Source: an uncultured Clostridia bacterium
GTDB taxonomy: Bacteria > Bacillota > Clostridia > TANB77 > CAG-508
Assembly (NCBI GenBank): GCA_934154445.1
Contig: CAKPGC010000006.1
Span: 3,942-67,941, forward strand
Direction: 5' to 3'
Length of the DNA: 64,000 nt
In this document: positions 37,292 to 48,583 of the stretch, piece after piece
How positions within the stretch are numbered: the stretch's first letter is position 1
Layout: each line of letters starts with the position of its first letter
Notes under the pieces: model-generated
Database searches by the model: none
Seen by the model: only the letters and a program-made list of their open reading frames with translations
Told to the model about the DNA's origin: nothing
Translations under genes and position numbers: made by a program

Positions 37292-40084
37292 ATGGAGAAA
37301 AAAAAGAATAAGGCAAGGATATTTATTGTATTGATATTTATAATCTTATTTGCAATAGGAACATACATAAATTTAAGAGGTACATATTTGCAATATAAAG
37401 AACTAGGTGAAAACTATGTACAAGCTTTTTTTACAAACTTGAGTTATAAATATACAATTTTTGCAATAAATTTGGTATTTTTATATATTTTAATATACTT
37501 TACAAATAAAGGAATAAAAAAGGGATTAAAAACTTTTTTTATTAAAGAAAAAAAAGAAATGCCAAAATTACTAAACAAATCAATAGCATTTGTAACTTCA
37601 GTAATTGTAAGCACAATTATGTCTAATATTTTAATGAAAAAAATTTTATTATGTTCTAGTAATGTGACTTTTGGAATAACAGATCCAGTTTTTGGTTTTG
37701 ACATAGCATTTTATATGTTTCAAAAACCATTAATTGAAACATTATTAATATATTTTATAGGAATCATTATTGGATTAACGCTATATACAGCAGGATACTA
37801 TGTAATAATATTTAATAAGTATTTTGACGGTATAGACAGAAAAATGCTTAAAGAAAGTTTACTAGTAAAAAAAATACTAAGAAATGTAGGATTAGTTATA
37901 ATTTGTATAGCTTTATATACTGCTTTAAATATAACGAATACATCTCTTAGCAAAATGTTAACAATAAAAAACGAAGTTGATTCTTCTGAAAATATAGAAA
38001 TAATAGGTGCCGGATATACAGATGTAATGATTCAAAGATGGGGGTATTTAATATTTGCAATTGTTATTGTTATAGCATCATTTAGAGCTATTAAAGCTTT
38101 CAAAAATAATAATACTGCAAAAGTACTTAGAAACATAGTTATTATTCCAGGATATTTAGTAGCAATGTTTTTGATAATAGTAGTTTTTGATCTTATTTTT
38201 GTAAATTCAAATAAACTAGACAAAGAAAAAGAGTATTTAGAAAATAATATAAACTATACAAAAGCTGCATATAACATTGATATAGATGAGGAAAACTTAG
38301 AAAATACTGGAACAATAACACAATCTGAAGTTGAAGAAAATGTTTCAATAATTAACAATATAAACACTATAAGTAGCGATGTTGTATTAAAAAATCTAGA
38401 CTATAATCAAACAGGAACAGGATACTACTCATACAGAAATGCCAATATTGCAAAGTATAAAATATCAGGAGAAGAAAAATTGGTCTACATATCTACTAGA
38501 GAAATTAGTAATTCTGGAAGAACATATAATAACAAAACTTATGAATATACACATGGAAAAGGTCAAATTGTTGTAGATAGTACATTAACAACAGAAAATG
38601 GAGGCATAAGCTATATTCAAAAAGATATCTCAGGCAAGGATGATAAATTAGGAACAAAAGCACAAGATATATATTTTGGGCTAGAAACAGACGATACAAT
38701 TGCTACAAATGCAAAAAGTAAAAAAGAATATGATTATACAGATGAAGATGGGTTAGAGCACACATCTACATATAATGGTGAAGCTGGTTTACAACTAAAC
38801 TTTATAGATAGATTAATATTAGGAATAAAAACAGGGGATTTGAAACTTGCATTTTCATCACAAGTAACTGATGATAGTAGAATTTTAATTAATAGAAATA
38901 TTATAAAAAGAGCCAAACAAGCAATTCCATATTTAATATATGATGAAAATCCTTACACAGTAGTAACAGGTGAAGGTAAAATTGTATGGATAATAGATGC
39001 TTATACTGTTTCTAATGAATATCCATACTCACAATATACATCAATTGAACATGATGGAATAAAAGAAAAAATAAATTATATTAGGAATTCAGTAAAAGTA
39101 ATAATAGACAGTTATGATGGAACAATGAAATTCTATGTAACAGATAAAACAGATCCAATTGCTATGGCATACAGAAACATATACTCAACTGTGTTTGAAG
39201 ATATAAATTCTGAAATCGCAAAAGATATATCAGAACATTTTGTATATCCACAATATTTATATAATGTGCAGGCAAAACTTTTAAAAATATACCATAATGT
39301 AAAAGCCGACATATTATACAGAACGGATGATTTATGGGATTTTGCTAAATATAACAATACAATTGTTGCTAAATCTTCAGGAACCGTATTAGAGCCATAT
39401 TATACAATGATTAATAAAAATGGTCAAAATGAAATTGGACTAATACAGATTTATACACCAAAAACAAAACAAAATCTAATATCTTATTTGGTTGGAACAA
39501 CAGATGGATATACAAATAAATTAAAACTGTATAAATTTTCACAAGACAGTAATATTTTAGGTCCAATGCAATTAGATAACCAGATTGAACAGGATGAATT
39601 TATTTCTTCGGAAATAAAAGCATTAAATACAACAGGAACAAGAGTAACAAAGAACATGATAGTAGTTCCTGTAAATAATACATTGTTATATGTAGAACCA
39701 ATATATCAAACAATGTTAAATGAAGAATCAAAAATACCAACATTAAAGAAAATTGTTGTAGCATCAGGAAATAAAGTAGCTATTGGAAATAACTTAAAAG
39801 AAGCTTTAAAAAATTTATTATCAAAAGATGCTTTGAATATTGAAGTTGAAAATACAGACGATATTGATGGACTTATTAATGCAATAGTAAAAGCTAATAA
39901 GAATTTATCTGAATCAACAAGTAATAATAATTGGGAACTTATGGGATCAGATATTAAAAAATTACAGAGTTTAATTGATTCTTTAGAAGAAGAAAAAATC
40001 AAAGAGGATAAGAAGAAAAAAGAAAATAATATAGTAAATAACACCCTAAATGAAACAATAGATAATAATGTAATAGCAAAATAA
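37292..40084 (+). CDS. UPF0182 family large membrane protein
   Basis: ~7 N-terminal TM then ~650-aa extracytoplasmic domain; AAGGAGG RBS selects ATG 37292 (ORF track TTG 37274). Confidence 0.7.
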   Translation: MEKKKNKARIFIVLIFIILFAIGTYINLRGTYLQYKELGENYVQAFFTNLSYKYTIFAINLVFLYILIYFTNKGIKKGLKTFFIKEKKEMPKLLNKSIAFVTSVIVSTIMSNILMKKILLCSSNVTFGITDPVFGFDIAFYMFQKPLIETLLIYFIGIIIGLTLYTAGYYVIIFNKYFDGIDRKMLKESLLVKKILRNVGLVIICIALYTALNITNTSLSKMLTIKNEVDSSENIEIIGAGYTDVMIQRWGYLIFAIVIVIASFRAIKAFKNNNTAKVLRNIVIIPGYLVAMFLIIVVFDLIFVNSNKLDKEKEYLENNINYTKAAYNIDIDEENLENTGTITQSEVEENVSIINNINTISSDVVLKNLDYNQTGTGYYSYRNANIAKYKISGEEKLVYISTREISNSGRTYNNKTYEYTHGKGQIVVDSTLTTENGGISYIQKDISGKDDKLGTKAQDIYFGLETDDTIATNAKSKKEYDYTDEDGLEHTSTYNGEAGLQLNFIDRLILGIKTGDLKLAFSSQVTDDSRILINRNIIKRAKQAIPYLIYDENPYTVVTGEGKIVWIIDAYTVSNEYPYSQYTSIEHDGIKEKINYIRNSVKVIIDSYDGTMKFYVTDKTDPIAMAYRNIYSTVFEDINSEIAKDISEHFVYPQYLYNVQAKLLKIYHNVKADILYRTDDLWDFAKYNNTIVAKSSGTVLEPYYTMINKNGQNEIGLIQIYTPKTKQNLISYLVGTTDGYTNKLKLYKFSQDSNILGPMQLDNQIEQDEFISSEIKALNTTGTRVTKNMIVVPVNNTLLYVEPIYQTMLNEESKIPTLKKIVVASGNKVAIGNNLKEALKNLLSKDALNIEVENTDDIDGLINAIVKANKNLSESTSNNNWELMGSDIKKLQSLIDSLEEEKIKEDKKKKENNIVNNTLNETIDNNVIAK

Positions 40085-40115
40085 AAAGAAGGATTTAAAA
40101 ATCCTTCTTTTTTTT
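40085..40115. terminator. bidirectional terminator
   Basis: AGAAGGATTT / AAATCCTTCT stem flanked by A and T runs, between convergent genes. Confidence 0.65.
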
Positions 40116-41340
40116 AAACTAATTTATAAAATATTTTTTTACCTTTTTTCAAAATAGCATAACCATCTTTAAAATCATCTTCGCAAAGAACATAAGAAAT
40201 ATCATTAATTTTTTCATCATTTAAAGATATACCACCTTGTGTAATTAATGTTCTTGCTTGACCTTTTGATGGTGCAATACCTGTTAAAATAATAGCATCT
40301 ACAATTGATATGTTCTTATTACCATTTAAATCAACAGTTGGCATATTATCTAAATTTCCTTTACCAGAAAATAGGGCATTAGCTGCTTCTTCTGCTTTGA
40401 TTGCTTCTTCTTCTCCATGAACTAATTTTGTAATTTCAAAAGCGGCAACTTTTTTAGCATCATTTATTTGTTCATCTTTTAAAGAAGATAGTTCATTAAT
40501 TGTTTTCATATCTAAGAATGTTAATAATTTTAGAACATTTTCTACACTATCATCTTCAATATTTCTCCAATATTGATAGAATTCGTAAGGAGAAGTTTTT
40601 TCTGGATTTAACCATAAAGCACCTTTTTCAGTTTTACCCATTTTCTTACCTTCTTTTGTTGTAAGAAGCTTAAATGTTAAACCGTAAGAATCATCTTTTC
40701 CTATTCTTCTTATTAAATCAACTCCACCAAGGATGTTAGACCATTGATCATTTCCACCAATTTCTAATTTACAACCATAAGTTTCATATAAATGTAGAAA
40801 ATCATAAGATTGCATTAACATATAACTCATTTCGAAGAATGTTAAACCCGTTTCCATTCTTTGTTTATAACATTCTGCTGCAAGCATTTTATTAACAGAG
40901 AACAAACTTCCAATTTCTCTCATAAAGTTAACAAATTTTAAATCTAGAAGCCAATCAGCGTTGTTTACTATAATAGCAGCATTTTCTCCTTCAAAACTAA
41001 CAAACTTTTCAATTTGCTTTTTTATACATTCTACATTGTGGTTTATAGTTTCTCTTGTCATCATTTTTCTCATATCAGTTTTACCAGAAGGATCACCAAT
41101 TGTTGCTGTACCACCACCAACTAATATTATTGGTTTATGACCGTATTTTTGCATAAGGCTTGCAACCATTAATGAAACAAAGTGTCCAACATGAAGACTA
41201 TCAGCTGTTGGATCTATTCCAATATAAAAAGGAACACTTTCCTTCCCAAAGAGTTCTTTTATTTCTTGAGGATGAGTCATTTGCTCAATATATCCTCTTT
41301 CTTCTAAAACATCAAATACATTTGTCATTTTAATTTTCAT
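40114..41340 (-). CDS. tyrS: tyrosine--tRNA ligase
   Basis: HVGH (HIGH) and KMGKT (KMSKS) motifs, C-terminal S4-like domain. Confidence 0.9.
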   Translation of the reverse strand: MKIKMTNVFDVLEERGYIEQMTHPQEIKELFGKESVPFYIGIDPTADSLHVGHFVSLMVASLMQKYGHKPIILVGGGTATIGDPSGKTDMRKMMTRETINHNVECIKKQIEKFVSFEGENAAIIVNNADWLLDLKFVNFMREIGSLFSVNKMLAAECYKQRMETGLTFFEMSYMLMQSYDFLHLYETYGCKLEIGGNDQWSNILGGVDLIRRIGKDDSYGLTFKLLTTKEGKKMGKTEKGALWLNPEKTSPYEFYQYWRNIEDDSVENVLKLLTFLDMKTINELSSLKDEQINDAKKVAAFEITKLVHGEEEAIKAEEAANALFSGKGNLDNMPTVDLNGNKNISIVDAIILTGIAPSKGQARTLITQGGISLNDEKINDISYVLCEDDFKDGYAILKKGKKIFYKLV

Positions 41341-41357
41341 TCCCTTCCATTTTGTTT

Positions 41358-41597
41358 TTATAAAGTTATATTATTATTTCCATTATTTAACTCTGTATAA
41401 TTTAAATATCTATTTATATTTTTTACACTTATTCCAGTTTCATTAGATAAAAGGTCTAAGTTATTGTTTAATCCATTTTCTGAAATATATGATTTAAAAG
41501 TCTCAAATTCTAACATATCCTTCGTTTTGCATTTAGGACATACATCGTCATTTGATATAAAAAAATTTCCACATCTACTACATTTATTAAATTCCAT
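41358..41597 (-). CDS. small zinc-ribbon protein (YvyF/TIGR03826-like?)
   Basis: CSRCG...CPKC ribbon then a HTH-like tail; AGGAGG RBS; 17 nt upstream of tyrS. Confidence 0.5.
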   Translation of the reverse strand: MEFNKCSRCGNFFISNDDVCPKCKTKDMLEFETFKSYISENGLNNNLDLLSNETGISVKNINRYLNYTELNNGNNNITL

Positions 41598-41742
41598 AAT
41601 AATTCCTCCTAAAATCTTTTCTTATGTTTTATTAGTGGATATTATATCATGTTTTGTAGAAAATAGGAAGAGAAAAAAGAAAAAAATATGGTTTTTTACA
41701 GTTTATAATGGTATAATATCAAAAACAAAAGAAGGTATAAAA

Positions 41743-43209
41743 ATGAAAAAAATTAATGGAATAATAATGCAATATTTTGAATGGTATATGAACTGTAATC
41801 AAAACTTATGGAATCAAGTAAAAGAAAATGCAGAAAAATTAGCAAGTATAGGAGTTACAGCAATGTGGCTACCTCCAGCATATAAAGGAATAGGTGGAAA
41901 AGATGAGGTTGGTTACGGAGTATATGATTTATACGATTTGGGAGAATTTAATCAAAAAGGAACAATAAAAACAAAGTACGGTTCAAAAGATGAATATCTA
42001 GAAGCACTAATAGCTTTAAAACAGGCCGGAATAGAAAGTTATGCAGATATTGTTTTAAATCACAAAATGGGTGCGGATGCATTGCAAACAATACCAGCCA
42101 CAAAAGTCGATTGGACAAATCATAACATAGAAACATCACAAAAAGAAACAGTAAAGGTTGCGACAAAATTCACGTTTCCAGAAAGAAAACATAAATATTC
42201 AGACTTTGAATGGAACTGGACAGATTTTGATGGAATAGATTATAATAACCAAACTGGTGAAAATGCAATATTCAAATTTATCGATAAAAAATGGGGAGAA
42301 GAAGTTGATGAAGAATTCGGAAACTTTGATTATCTAATGGGAGCTGATTTGGATTTTTCAAATCCAAGAGTTGTAAAAGAATGTACCGATTGGGGAAAAT
42401 GGTATTTAGCTCTAACTAAAGTAGATGGTTTTAGATTAGATGCTGTAAAACATATAGATGCAAATTTTTATAAAAATTGGATACAAACCTTAAGACAAGA
42501 GAGTAAAAAAGAATTATTTGCTGTGGGAGAATATTGGTCAGCTGATGTGAATAAACTACATAGATATATTACTAAAACAGAAGGAAAAATATCATTGTTT
42601 GACGTACCATTACATTATAATTTTTATAATGCAGCAAATGACCCTAATTATAATATGTCACAAATACTAGAACATACATTAGTAAAAGAAAATCCATGTA
42701 TGGCTGTAACATTTGTAGATAATCATGATACACAACCTGGACAAGCTCTGCAAAGTTTTGTTCAGAGTTGGTTCAAACCAATAGCATATTCGATTATATT
42801 ACTAAGAAATGATGGATATCCTTGTGTGTTTTATGGAGATTATTATGGAATACCACATGATAATATTGAACCAGAAGAAAGCTTAAAAACATTAATGATA
42901 ATAAGAAAAGATAGGGCATATGGTTTACAACATGATTATTTTGACCATAATAATTACATTGGATGGACTCAAGAGGGTGATGATGAACATATAAATTCAG
43001 GAATTGCAGTTGTCATATCTAATGCAGGAGATGGATATAAAAAAATGTATGTTGGAAGTCAAAATGCAGGAGAAATATATATTGACAGCCTTGGAAATTA
43101 TGAAGAAGAAGTTATAATAGATGAAGATGGATGTGGAAATTTTAGTGTAAAATCTAAAAGTGTATCAGTTTGGATAAAAAAAATGCTAGGTCATTTGGGA
43201 AAAAAATAA
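41743..43209 (+). CDS. cytoplasmic alpha-amylase (GH13)
   Basis: IMQYFEWY, DIVLNHK, GFRLDAVKHI, EYW, FVDNHD conserved regions; no signal peptide; ORF-track start 41464 is an artefactual extension. Confidence 0.85.
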   Translation: MKKINGIIMQYFEWYMNCNQNLWNQVKENAEKLASIGVTAMWLPPAYKGIGGKDEVGYGVYDLYDLGEFNQKGTIKTKYGSKDEYLEALIALKQAGIESYADIVLNHKMGADALQTIPATKVDWTNHNIETSQKETVKVATKFTFPERKHKYSDFEWNWTDFDGIDYNNQTGENAIFKFIDKKWGEEVDEEFGNFDYLMGADLDFSNPRVVKECTDWGKWYLALTKVDGFRLDAVKHIDANFYKNWIQTLRQESKKELFAVGEYWSADVNKLHRYITKTEGKISLFDVPLHYNFYNAANDPNYNMSQILEHTLVKENPCMAVTFVDNHDTQPGQALQSFVQSWFKPIAYSIILLRNDGYPCVFYGDYYGIPHDNIEPEESLKTLMIIRKDRAYGLQHDYFDHNNYIGWTQEGDDEHINSGIAVVISNAGDGYKKMYVGSQNAGEIYIDSLGNYEEEVIIDEDGCGNFSVKSKSVSVWIKKMLGHLGKK

Positions 43210-43212
43210 AAA

Positions 43213-43899
43213 ATGGAGGATAGAATGAAAAGAACAAAATTAAAAGATAGAGTATTGCCTGATTATACAAAAGGAGAAGAAATTTTTAATATGACATCAC
43301 ATATAGTAGGTGGTAGTTTTGGAATAGTTGCATTGGTGTTATGTGTTGTTTTTTCTGCTATTCACCATAATGGATACGCCGTTGTAAGTAGCTCAATATA
43401 TGGAACAATGATGATAATTTTATATACAATGTCAAGTATATATCATGGTTTAAAACCAGAAAGAAAAGCAAAAAAAGTATTTCAAATATTAGACCACTGT
43501 TCTATATTTTTATTAATAGCTGGATCATATACACCATTTTGTTTAGTGACCTTTAGAGAGTATAATACAGCATTGGGATGGACTATATTTGGTGTTATAT
43601 GGGGAAGTGCAATTTTAGGAATAACTCTAAATGGAATAGATATTAAAAAATATAAAGTATTCTCTATGATTTGCTATTTAGGTATGGGATGGTGTATTAT
43701 ATTTACAGCTAAGCTGTTACCACAATTATTAGGAATACCGGGTTTAATATTGTTGGTTGCAGGAGGTGTAGCCTATACCATAGGAGCGGTTTTATATGGA
43801 TTAGGTAAAAAGAAAAAATATATACATTCAATATTTCATTTATTTATATTATTAGGAAGTATATTGCAATTTTTTTGTATATTATTATATGTGATTTAA
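43213..43899 (+). CDS. hemolysin III / PAQR family membrane protein
   Basis: 7 TM, SSIYHG and HLFILLGS motifs; alternative start 43225. Confidence 0.8.
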   Translation: MEDRMKRTKLKDRVLPDYTKGEEIFNMTSHIVGGSFGIVALVLCVVFSAIHHNGYAVVSSSIYGTMMIILYTMSSIYHGLKPERKAKKVFQILDHCSIFLLIAGSYTPFCLVTFREYNTALGWTIFGVIWGSAILGITLNGIDIKKYKVFSMICYLGMGWCIIFTAKLLPQLLGIPGLILLVAGGVAYTIGAVLYGLGKKKKYIHSIFHLFILLGSILQFFCILLYVI

Positions 43900-43937
43900 A
43901 AGAAATAAAAATTTGGAATAAAAAGGGGAAATAAAAA

Positions 43938-44882
43938 ATGAAAAAAATATCAATAATTGTACCAGTATATTATAATCAAGATAATTTATTACCATTATAT
44001 GCAGATTTAAAGGAAAAGGTACTTAGCAAAATAAATATAGAATATGAATTAATATTTGTTGATGATGGCTCAAAAGACAAATCATATGAAGTTATGAAAA
44101 ATTTAGCAAAATTAGATGAAAATATAAAAACAATAAGATTGTCAAGAAATTTTGGCGAACATTCAGCACTATTAGCAGGTTTGTCACAATGTACAGGAGA
44201 TTGTGCAGTAAGAAAAGCAGCAGATTTGCAAGAACCTTCTGAAGTGATATTAGATATGATGAAGAAATATGAAGAAGGAAACAAAGTCGTTTTGGCAGTA
44301 AGAGCAGATAGAGAAGAGCCAATTATGCAAAAGGCATTTTCAAATTTATATGCATTTTTAATGAGAAAATTAGCTCTTCATAATATGCCAAAAGGAGGTT
44401 TCGACACTTTTTTGATAGATAGGCAAATAATTGATTTATTAGTAAAAATGCAAGAAAAAAACACATCATTAATGAGTCAAATTTTATGGGCGGGTTTTGA
44501 AACAGCAACTGTACCATATATAAGAAAAAAAAGAGAAATAGGAAAATCAAGATGGACATTGTCTAAAAAAATAAAATTAGTATATGATTCATTACTAAGT
44601 TTTTCATATTTTCCAATAAAAATGATAACATCAGCAGGATTTTTAAGTTTCTTTATATCATTAATATTATTAATTATAATTATTGGTAAAAAAATTGCAG
44701 GAATAATTGATGTAGAAGGTTATACTTCAATCATAATGATTATGCTTATGGGGTTTGGAATTATAATGCTTTCAATAGGAGTATTAGGAGAGTATTTATG
44801 GAGAACATATGATGCAGCAAGAAGTAGACCACCATATATTATAGAAAAAGTGGAAAAAGGAGATAAATCTGAAAATGAATAA
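43938..44882 (+). CDS. GT2 polyprenyl-phosphate sugar synthase (ArnC/GtrB-like)
   Basis: ISIIVPVYYNQDNL, FVDDGSKD, C-terminal two TM helices. Confidence 0.8.
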   Translation: MKKISIIVPVYYNQDNLLPLYADLKEKVLSKINIEYELIFVDDGSKDKSYEVMKNLAKLDENIKTIRLSRNFGEHSALLAGLSQCTGDCAVRKAADLQEPSEVILDMMKKYEEGNKVVLAVRADREEPIMQKAFSNLYAFLMRKLALHNMPKGGFDTFLIDRQIIDLLVKMQEKNTSLMSQILWAGFETATVPYIRKKREIGKSRWTLSKKIKLVYDSLLSFSYFPIKMITSAGFLSFFISLILLIIIIGKKIAGIIDVEGYTSIIMIMLMGFGIIMLSIGVLGEYLWRTYDAARSRPPYIIEKVEKGDKSENE

Positions 44883-46221
44883 TATACTTGAAAAATTAAA
44901 TAAAAATAAAAGAATAATAATATTATTATTTTTAATATGCATATTTTGTTATTACTTATTATGGACAGTTTCTGAACCATATAATTCATGCCCAGATGAA
45001 GGGATGAAATGGGATATATGCAAATATATTTATGAAAATAATAAATTACCACATGGAGAAGAAGAATCAATAAGAAATCAAATTTGGGGAATATCATATG
45101 CATTTCAACCAATATTGACATATATGATAGGTGCTATTTTTATGAAAGTTGCATCAATTTTTTCTACAGAGCAATTTACGTTATTAATAGCGGCGAGATT
45201 AGTTAGTACGATAAGTATGACATTTGTGGTTTATTTTGCAATAAAAATTTCTCAAAAGTTATTTAAAGGAATTTACAAATATTTATTTATTGCTTTTATA
45301 GCATTTCAACCAATAATTGCATTTCTTGCATCATACATAAATAATGATTCAACAGCATTATTAGCATCAACAATAATAATATACTTATGGATATTAGGGT
45401 TAGAAAATAATTGGAAAACAAAACATTGTATATTATTAGGAATAACAATTGGATTTTGTTTACTTACATATTATAATGCATATGGATATATATTGTGTAG
45501 CATAATAATTTGTTTAATATCAACAATATCAAATAAAATGAAAACAAAAGAAATTGTTCAAAAAGCATTAATAGTAATGTGCGTTGCTTTTTTAATTGCA
45601 GGATGGTGGTTTATAAGGAATGCAATAATATATGATGGAGATTTTATGGGAATGCAAGCACAAAATGAGTGCGGAGATAAATATGCTATGGATGGATATA
45701 AACCATCAGAAAGAATTACAGTTCAAAATCAAAATAAAACCATTATAGATATGTTGATAAAGGAAAAATGGTTAATAATTACAATTAAAGGGTTTGTTGG
45801 AGTTTTTGGATACAATTCGATAATTATGTCAAACAAAATATATATGGCTTATTTTTTACTGTGGCTAATAGGAATAGTAGGATGTTTAATAAAATTTAAA
45901 GATTTATTTATATATAAAAAGAATGAGAAAAATAAATATTTATTGAATTACATATTTATATTATCAATAATAATTCCAATTTTATTAAGTATAATTTATT
46001 CATATGCAAGTGATTTTCAACCACAAGGAAGATATATAATAGGAATAATAATGCCATTTACCTATTTTATTGTAAATGGCATAAGCATAATTTTAGAAAA
46101 ACTTATAAAATCAGAAAAAATAAGAAATATCATTATTTTAATATTGATATTATTAATAATTGTAATTTCAATGAAAGCAATCTTTGGTTATATAATACCA
46201 ACGTATACTAACATGAAATAG
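44875..46221 (+). CDS. GT-C fold glycosyltransferase (ArnT/PMT-like) membrane protein
   Basis: ~12 TM, acidic DE motif in first loop (CPDEGMKW); overlaps the GT2 gene by 8 nt. Confidence 0.6.
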   Translation: MNNILEKLNKNKRIIILLFLICIFCYYLLWTVSEPYNSCPDEGMKWDICKYIYENNKLPHGEEESIRNQIWGISYAFQPILTYMIGAIFMKVASIFSTEQFTLLIAARLVSTISMTFVVYFAIKISQKLFKGIYKYLFIAFIAFQPIIAFLASYINNDSTALLASTIIIYLWILGLENNWKTKHCILLGITIGFCLLTYYNAYGYILCSIIICLISTISNKMKTKEIVQKALIVMCVAFLIAGWWFIRNAIIYDGDFMGMQAQNECGDKYAMDGYKPSERITVQNQNKTIIDMLIKEKWLIITIKGFVGVFGYNSIIMSNKIYMAYFLLWLIGIVGCLIKFKDLFIYKKNEKNKYLLNYIFILSIIIPILLSIIYSYASDFQPQGRYIIGIIMPFTYFIVNGISIILEKLIKSEKIRNIIILILILLIIVISMKAIFGYIIPTYTNMK

Positions 46222-46236
46222 AAGGAAGTGTAAAAA

Positions 46237-47060
46237 ATGATAGGATTTAATGTGCCAATTTTTATAGATGAGTCAGTTGACAACATCAGGAACTTCAGCA
46301 TTAGAGATGGCTGCAATATTATTGGATATAAAAGATGGAGATGAAGTAATTATGCCGTCATATACATTTGTATCAACAGCAGATGCATTTGTAATGGTAG
46401 GAGCAAAAGTTATTTTTGTAGATGTTAACCCTAAAACAATGAATATAGATGAAAATGAAATAGAAAAAGCAATAACGTCAAAGACAAAAGCAATTGTGGT
46501 AGTACATTATGCGGGAATTTCACCAGATATGGATAAAATAATGAAAATAGCAAAAGAACATAATTTAAAAGTTGTAGAAGATGCAGCACAAGGATTTATG
46601 GCAAAATACAAAGAAAAATATCTTGGGACTATAGGAGACCTTGGTTGTTATAGCTTCCATGAAACTAAAAATTATAGTATGGGCGAAGGTGGAGCAATTT
46701 CAATTAACGACCCTAAATTAATAGAGAGAGCAGAGATAATAAGAGAAAAAGGAACAAATAGAAATACAATATCTTCCAGAATATAGCAAACATAATGCAC
46801 ATATGTTTTACATAAAAACAAGGAATTTAGAAGAAAGAACAGAATTATTAAAATACTTAAAGGAAAATGGAATACAAGCAGTGTTTCATTATATTCCATT
46901 ACACACATCACCTGCTGGAAAAAAATTTGGAATATTTCACGGAGATGATAAATATACAACCGTAGAAAGCGAAAGGTTAGTTAGATTACCTATGTACTAT
47001 GAGTTAACAAGAAAAGACCAAGATGAGGTAATAAATAAAATTAAAGAATTTTATAAATAA
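46237..47060 (+). pseudogene. DegT/WecE/ArnB-type sugar aminotransferase, decayed (two internal deletions with frame changes)
   Basis: Three collinear fragments in frames 1, 2 and 0: MIGFNVPIFIDE / SGTSALEMAA...HETKNYSMGEGG...REKGTNR / LPEYSKHNAHMFYIK...FHYIPLH; ~100 aa shorter than E. coli WecE as I recall it. Confidence 0.75.
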
Positions 47061-47083
47061 TATATTGAAAAGAAAAAATAAAG

Positions 47084-48199
47084 ATGAAAAAAGTAGTAAT
47101 AATAGGAGCAAATAATTTTCAAATGCCATTAATCATAAAAGCAAAATCATTAGGATACGAAACGCATGTATTTGCATGGGAAGAAGGAGCTGTTGGGGCA
47201 AAATATGCAGATTTCTTTTATCCAATAAGTATTGTAGAAAAAGAACAAATTCTTAAAAAATGCAAAGAAATAAAACCAGATGCAGTAATTTCAGTTGCAT
47301 CAGATTTAGCTACAATCACTGTAAATTACTTAACAAATAATTTGGGACTTACAGGCAATAATTTGGAATGTACAAAAATATCTACTAACAAATACGAAAT
47401 GAGAAAAGCATTTAAAGAAAATGGAGTAGCTGTACCTCAATTTGTTGAGCTAACAAGTTTTGAGGAAATATCAAAAATAAAAAATATGAAAACTCCAATA
47501 ATAGTAAAGCCAACAGATAGATCTGGAAGTAGATCTATTACAAAAATTGAGGATTTAACTAAAATAGATGAATTAAAAAATGCGATAAGTGAAGCAATAA
47601 ATACATCGTTTGAGAAAAAAGCAATAGTAGAAGAATATATAGTTGGAGATGAATTTAGTGCTGAATGCATTTCGTATGAAGGTAATCATATATTATTAAC
47701 TGTAACTAGAAAACAAACAACAGGAGCACCACATTTTATAGAAACAGGGCATATTCAACCTGCTGGACTTAGCAAAGAAATGATTTCAAAGATAGAAAAA
47801 GAAGTTGTTAAAGGATTAAACAGTTTAAAAATAAAAAATGGAGCATCACATACTGAATTTAAAATTACACCTAATGGAGATATCAAAATTATTGAAATAG
47901 GTGCAAGAATGGGAGGAGACTGCATAGGTTCAGATTTAGTGCAAATTTCAACAGGTTATGACTTTTTAAAAATGGTGATAGATGTGGGATTAGGTAATAA
48001 ACCTGATTTTACAAAAGTTGTTAAACCAAAAAAAGCTATTGTAAAATTTATTTTTACTGAAAAAGATATACAGGAATTAGAAAAGATAAAAAAAGAAACA
48101 CCTGAAAATATTTATTATATTAGTCCAATAGATAAAATAAATTCACATGAAATTATAGATAGTTCTACAAGATATGGATATTATATTTTAGCTGAATAG
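47084..48199 (+). CDS. ATP-grasp domain protein
   Basis: KVVIIGAN start, IIVKPTDRSGSR, EEYIVGDEFS, EIGARMGGD. Confidence 0.75.
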   Translation: MKKVVIIGANNFQMPLIIKAKSLGYETHVFAWEEGAVGAKYADFFYPISIVEKEQILKKCKEIKPDAVISVASDLATITVNYLTNNLGLTGNNLECTKISTNKYEMRKAFKENGVAVPQFVELTSFEEISKIKNMKTPIIVKPTDRSGSRSITKIEDLTKIDELKNAISEAINTSFEKKAIVEEYIVGDEFSAECISYEGNHILLTVTRKQTTGAPHFIETGHIQPAGLSKEMISKIEKEVVKGLNSLKIKNGASHTEFKITPNGDIKIIEIGARMGGDCIGSDLVQISTGYDFLKMVIDVGLGNKPDFTKVVKPKKAIVKFIFTEKDIQELEKIKKETPENIYYISPIDKINSHEIIDSSTRYGYYILAE

Positions 48200-48214
48200 A
48201 AAGGAAAAAGTAAA

Positions 48215-48583
48215 ATGGATACAAAAAAAGAAGTAAAGAGGAAAACAAAATTAAAAGATATATTTATACTACAATTAGTTATTGCAATATATACATTATC
48301 AACAGTTTTTGCTAAATTTGCATCAGGACAAGAATTTCTATCTTTTAATTTTATATTATTTTATGGAATAGAAATGATGATATTAGGATTTTATGCGATT
48401 ATATGGCAACAGTTGATAAAAAAATTTGATATTTCAGTTGCATATGCAAATAAAGCGATGGGGTTGTTATGGTCAATTATATGGGCAATTTTAATTTTTA
48501 ATGATACAATAACAATAAAAAATATAATAGGAGTAATAATTGTAATAATAGGTACAATTATAGTAAATGGTGAAAATGAGTAA
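48215..48583 (+). CDS. small EamA/SMR-like 4-TM protein (ArnE/ArnF-like flippase subunit)
   Basis: 122 aa, 4 TM; paired with a second small 4-TM gene. Confidence 0.6.
   Translation: MDTKKEVKRKTKLKDIFILQLVIAIYTLSTVFAKFASGQEFLSFNFILFYGIEMMILGFYAIIWQQLIKKFDISVAYANKAMGLLWSIIWAILIFNDTITIKNIIGVIIVIIGTIIVNGENE

Noticed and set aside
41464-41742. 93-codon N-terminal extension of the amylase ORF
   Set aside because: The extension runs antisense through the zinc-ribbon gene and the promoter region. The GH13 homology and the RBS (AGAAGG) begin at ATG 41743.
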